64,000 nt of DNA from Antedon mediterranea. Lineage: Eukaryota; Animalia; Echinodermata. Every line of letters starts with the position of its first letter. The stretch's first letter is position 1. Positions 59,248-64,000 of the stretch are shown here, piece by piece. Made by a program: the position numbers and the translations under genes. The notes under the pieces were generated by a model, which saw nothing but the letters and a program-made list of their open reading frames with translations, made no database searches and had not been told where the DNA came from. The stretch is from contig NC_092675.1 in NCBI RefSeq assembly GCF_964355755.1, positions 4,831,812 through 4,895,811 of the forward strand, written 5' to 3'.

Positions 59248-60210
59248 CTAAACATTGCTTGATCTTATTACATTTGTGTTGCCTTGATCGATGTTGCCTT
59301 GTTGATGTTCTCCTATATTTTTACATCCAGTCTGAAAAATGTTGATCACTTCAGTTCGGAACTGGGATAAAGAAATCGTATAAATAAATGGATTAAGAGA
59401 AAAATTCAATACTACCATGTCCACTGCAATAAATTGTCCAATCAAATCTTTCGTTCCAGAAGATTTAACTCCATATAAAAAAACAATAATAGGCACAAAG
59501 CAAACTATATAGGCCGTGCTCACAGCTATGAACACTTTTAGTGTTTGTACTTGTATGGATTGTGTCATTTGATTGCTTACATTATTTTTCATTTTAACCA
59601 ATTCGAAAATGATTCTTGTATAAATAAGTACAAGTATTAATATTGTAGATATACATACAACTGGGATTATATTTGTTGTAAGTGTAATTGCTAACTCTTC
59701 CTTTTTCTCTCCATCACATTGGATATTTTGAGTTATAATCTTATATAATATAATTGGCATTGTTGGATTACACAGAATACCAAGAATCCAAGCAGACAAA
59801 ATCATGATTACTGTTCGTTTTACTGTGTAATTAGTTTCAAACCAAAATGGCTTTATAATCGCAAAGTACCTCTCAACCGAAATAAATAATACATTTACAC
59901 TAGATGCCATCGAGAGTGTAAACGTCGCACAGTACAACCATGTAGTAATTTCATAGTAAATCCCATAGTACAAACAATCAAAAGGGGAGAAAGGTAATAA
60001 TGATAATACAAAGAAAAGTAAACACCCTGTCGCATCGATTAATGATTGGTTGAAAATAAACCAGCGTGTAGTTTTACGAATTAAAACAATGCGATTAATA
60101 ATGAGAAGTACTACAATATTTACGATGAAACCAAGAACGGACAAGGCACAGCCGATGTTGATCAGTGACTCGACCACGCCCAAACTCTCTTCTGTAATGT
60201 TCGAAGCCAT
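59248..60210 (-). CDS. Intronless class A orphan GPCR, copy B, 320 aa
   Basis: Close paralog of 54000-54932 with the same motifs. Confidence 0.95.
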   Translation of the reverse strand: MASNITEESLGVVESLINIGCALSVLGFIVNIVVLLIINRIVLIRKTTRWFIFNQSLIDATGCLLFFVLSLLPFSPFDCLYYGIYYEITTWLYCATFTLSMASSVNVLFISVERYFAIIKPFWFETNYTVKRTVIMILSAWILGILCNPTMPIILYKIITQNIQCDGEKKEELAITLTTNIIPVVCISTILILVLIYTRIIFELVKMKNNVSNQMTQSIQVQTLKVFIAVSTAYIVCFVPIIVFLYGVKSSGTKDLIGQFIAVDMVVLNFSLNPFIYTISLSQFRTEVINIFQTGCKNIGEHQQGNIDQGNTNVIRSSNV

Positions 60211-61845
60211 TGTCAGAGAGTTTCCTTTGGCAAAAACTACCTATAGATGCTAGACTGAAACAACTCAGTCTGTCCAACACCTCTAACAAAGTTTCTGGCC
60301 TCCAACAAGTTGAATACAGTAACGGTGTATGTCTCAAAATCAGATCAACTTGAATTCATGGCATAAAAAAACAGAGTCTGGGTATACAAGATAATAGCGC
60401 AATGTGCACTCATCAGTCATCCATCCATGATTTAGAAAGTCGAACTTTAAACTTTTCTCAGAAAAAACAGCAGCAAGAGTAGCAACTGTACATCGAATTA
60501 TTTTCTGATTCCAATCACCTTTATAGTTTCGAGTGCTTAAAAAATACTGAAGTTCGTCTGCACTCAAGTTTTATATCCACTGCAGGAAATAGCCCATCTT
60601 CCGAATGGATACAACTATGACCCGGTACCAACACGATTGTAAATTAAAGCATGTCTCAAGCATGTATATTCTTACAAAACCATCATTGTTCAGACAGAAA
60701 ACTATTTGGACTGTTTACAAACGTGCTATAAATATTTCCAAGCGACGAAAATATTAACCTTGGTTTTATAAAACAAAAAACTGAATAATAATACATTGTT
60801 ATTTCCTTGTAAAAATATTACCGATTTTGATTACCGCAATGATAAGAACATTTTGAGCACGTATTGATATTTGTGAATCACAACAAAATTAAACTAACAT
60901 TCACTATGTTTGCCATCGATTTGGTTGGAATACATTGTCCACAAGATTTCATAAAAAAAGACCCACAAATTCTCCTTACAAAAATTTTAATATGAAATTA
61001 CAAGTGAATGAGTCTGCTGTCAATATTTATCTATAGTTTACCAAAGACACATGGTTGCACATTACTATCAACAAATAATGTTAATAACATAATAAGGTAA
61101 ACTATATTTATATTGAATATTCAATTTGAATAGCAAACATTCAAATGTAGTTCCTAAGTCGCTTAATAAATATTCATAGGTATACCGTATACAAATTAAG
61201 ATATTTCAGTTGCATGAGATATTATTGTCTTTTTGAACCAATATCCTGATATGGGAATGATATTTTGGTGTATCCATGAAATGAATGGCACGTGATGTAT
61301 CCATAGTAAATCCCAAAGGATGACATTGTATACAAATATTAAAAAGATAAGAACAACAAATCAATGTGATTAAATCTAAAAGAATTATACAATAGTTGAA
61401 ATAGTTTGAATCGTACAAAGGAAATAGTAATAACAAAATATAACTAAATAATATTAAATGATAACACAATTAGACATAAAATATGTTTTAAATATACATG
61501 TTAAAATATAAGACAGTTTCATAAATTGTACCAATAAATGAAAACAATCTCTCTGTATGATGCATCCCAAAAGAATGACAGTTTATCCATGAAAATGACA
61601 AGGTGCTATCCATGATATCACATGGTGCTATCCATGGAATGACATGGTGTATTCCTGGAATACAATTATGGTAATAATGAAAACATTTCTTCTGGTTTCG
61701 ATTCGTATATTGATATGTAGTTCTTTGATACGTAAGTTTACATAACTGGTTTACTATCAAAGAACTACATATCAATTATGGTAATGTATATCCATATGGA
61801 ATGACATGGTGTATTCCTGGAATACTATTATGGTAATGTATATCC

Positions 61846-63155
61846 CTATGGAATGACATGGGGCTTCAGAGTAATGTGGGTGTGGTGCTCAGGACTAATA
61901 ATACCAACAGCAGCCAATAATAACATATTGCAGACTGTGACTACGAACACCATTATCAACACTGCTACACTCATTCTATACATAGTCGTTTTAGCTTTCT
62001 GTTTTTCCTCCTCTGGTAAACTCGAAAACGTAGGCTTTTGTATATTCTGTAAGAAGATAGCTAGGTACAAAATACTGCAGCTATGTGTGTCTAAACAAAA
62101 TCATAACTATAATAAGTCTATAAATTTTCAATTGAAAAGAAAAGCTTACATACCATGGTATGTTGATTCAGAGAATAGTAAATGTAATATAGGTTAATTT
62201 AGCATCCAGGATGTTGGGAAGATTTTGGGTTCTCTCAATACCACCATTAAAAAAATAAAGGGGAGGTTGAGCGCTTAACAAATAAAGATGGTGGTAGGCT
62301 CCTTCACATCCATTGTGTACAGATGTATTTTTTTTACGCTAACTTTTTCTTCTAATAGTAGTAGTAGACCTAATAGAAACAAATTATGACACTATACGTT
62401 AGATAATTACACCTACGTTGTGTTTAACGGTTTTCATAATAAAAACAACACCCGACGCTAACTGAGTAACGAGCAACAAGCCAAGCATTGTTGAAATGGC
62501 ATAGAAAAGCCAAACTCTATTCATTTGAAGTTTGTAGAAAAGGACAATGATGTTGACTGTTTCTGTTATACCTAATCCCTCTAGTGTTCCTGCAGCAATA
62601 ATATCAAAACTCCATAGTTGTTCAACTTCCTGTTAATAAAACGAATGCTATTTTTCTTTACAATAAAAAAAATGTTTCGGAACCATTATACCATTTTAAG
62701 AAACATTATCATTTGAGGGGAATGGGTTTCGTTTGAATGTAACTGTTTATTTTGTAATTTTTATAAGCGAAATCATCATGTTTTGGCAAAAGTGAATGAC
62801 TTTCTAAAAAAACAACAACATTATATTGTTAAGTTTAATTTTGTACATCTTTTAGTTTTTTTCCTAATTTGGGTATCAACGTCTTTCTTTATTTACCAGT
62901 ACCGAACAGCCAAGTTATTAATTTTCTCCCATAGGCCTATAATTATGTTTATCACCATTGAAGTTAATAACATCTTCATCACGAAAAGATTGAAGTTCTT
63001 GCACAATTCATATCACAATGCTTGATATCAATATAGGCCTACGATTGACTAAATGTTCTTATCATTAAATTATGACTTACCTTAATACCCTGTTTTGGAA
63101 TAGATATCAGACCTTCTTTTTCTTTGGAGACATATTCAGCACTTCTTTGAGGCAT
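61846..63155 (-). CDS. Divergent Ninjurin-like small membrane protein, 162 aa, 3 exons
   Basis: Exons 63155-63081 (|GTAAGT), 62629-62417 (AACAG| ... |GTAGGT), 62046-61846 (TTCTTACAG|), all phase 0 and open. LLLVTQLASGVVFI and EEEKQ...IMVFVVTVCNMLLLAAVG resemble Ninjurin LLLQ...GVL and EVEKQ...ILVF..VVINVFITAFG. Confidence 0.75.
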
Positions 63156-64000
63156 GTTTGAATTTTATAGTTTTTATATTGTTAAGTCTATTTTTAATTT
63201 CTTTAAATACCAACATAAATACCAGCAAAATATATATAACGCTGAGCTAAAAACTTTGTTAAATATTAACCATTTATAAATGGACACGACACTCGGCAAA
63301 GCCTTTCCTATCAGTATGCCTACGGTTGGTCCAGTAAGATAACATAAACCAACTTTCTGACAGGACATATTGATTAATTATTAGATTAATCTTCGCATGA
63401 CATCAATTAATAATTTATGAGATTACCAACAAGTATCATTTTAATTAGTCGCAATGATTCTAATAAACTTTTACCTCACATCCCTGTACAAAAAAACAAT
63501 TATAGATAAAGAGCACATTATTAGGCAGTGATTAAAACTAAAACACTATGAATGGTTGTTAACGTTTATGTTTTGTGGACCGAATTTCTTATTATTCATC
63601 GAGAAGTCAGTCGTTATATTTGATCACAACTTAATAAGGACTTATGGTAAGAAATTGCTGATTTACATTTTAGGCCTTTGTTGTTTTTTTACATCCACTA
63701 TACTTGAATCGGAAATGTTGGGGGAATATCAATCGATAAAAAAAATAAAATCTTAAGCAACATCATTTTACTCCTTCGCTAGGTAGGATAGGATAGACAG
63801 ATTCCTTTTTTTTAAACTGTTACTGCTTCAATGTGCTGGAGAACGGAGCGGTGTAAATGGTGCCTCTGCTCTTTTCCATTTTGTTTTGTTTATCTTAGGA
63901 TATTTTATGGATCATTGTTATGTGTAAAGTGCTTAGAAACATTAGTATTATATTAATATTATTCATCTATAATTTAGAATTGAAATTTTACGAGAAATAC

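Larger units (their letters stand above)
54010..64000. repeat. Tandem segmental duplication, ~5.3 kb unit (about 54010-58590 versus 59300-64000)
   Basis: Collinear similarity through the GPCR, its upstream region and the Ninjurin-like gene; offset 5272 at 55068/60340; similarity runs to the window end. Confidence 0.95.

Overview
AT-rich, intron-containing animal DNA, most likely an invertebrate deuterostome such as an echinoderm (inferred from gene content, Deu/Nin-type SINEs and TAGGCCTA-rich first introns; not proven). Gene models assembled by hand from splice sites and reading-frame phase: (1) a secreted PAN/Apple + 3 Link-module protein (- strand, 261-1912, with a 25-nt micro-exon) and a MITE-disrupted paralogous fragment; (2) RACK1 (7 exons); (3) a 23-exon ADAMTS2/3/14-like metalloprotease with an intact zinc site and what looks like a pair of mutually exclusive exons in the catalytic domain; (4) a C4orf45/SPMIP2-like gene; (5) a ~5.3 kb tandem duplication in which each unit carries an intronless class A GPCR and, upstream on the same strand, a 3-exon divergent Ninjurin-like gene that the ORF track only shows in fragments (intact in the right unit, frameshifted in the left). 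Introns carry many MITEs, SINEs, minisatellites, a nested Helentron-type element with a palindromic satellite, and two degenerate Penelope-type hammerhead-like motifs. All family assignments come from motif recognition, not database searches.
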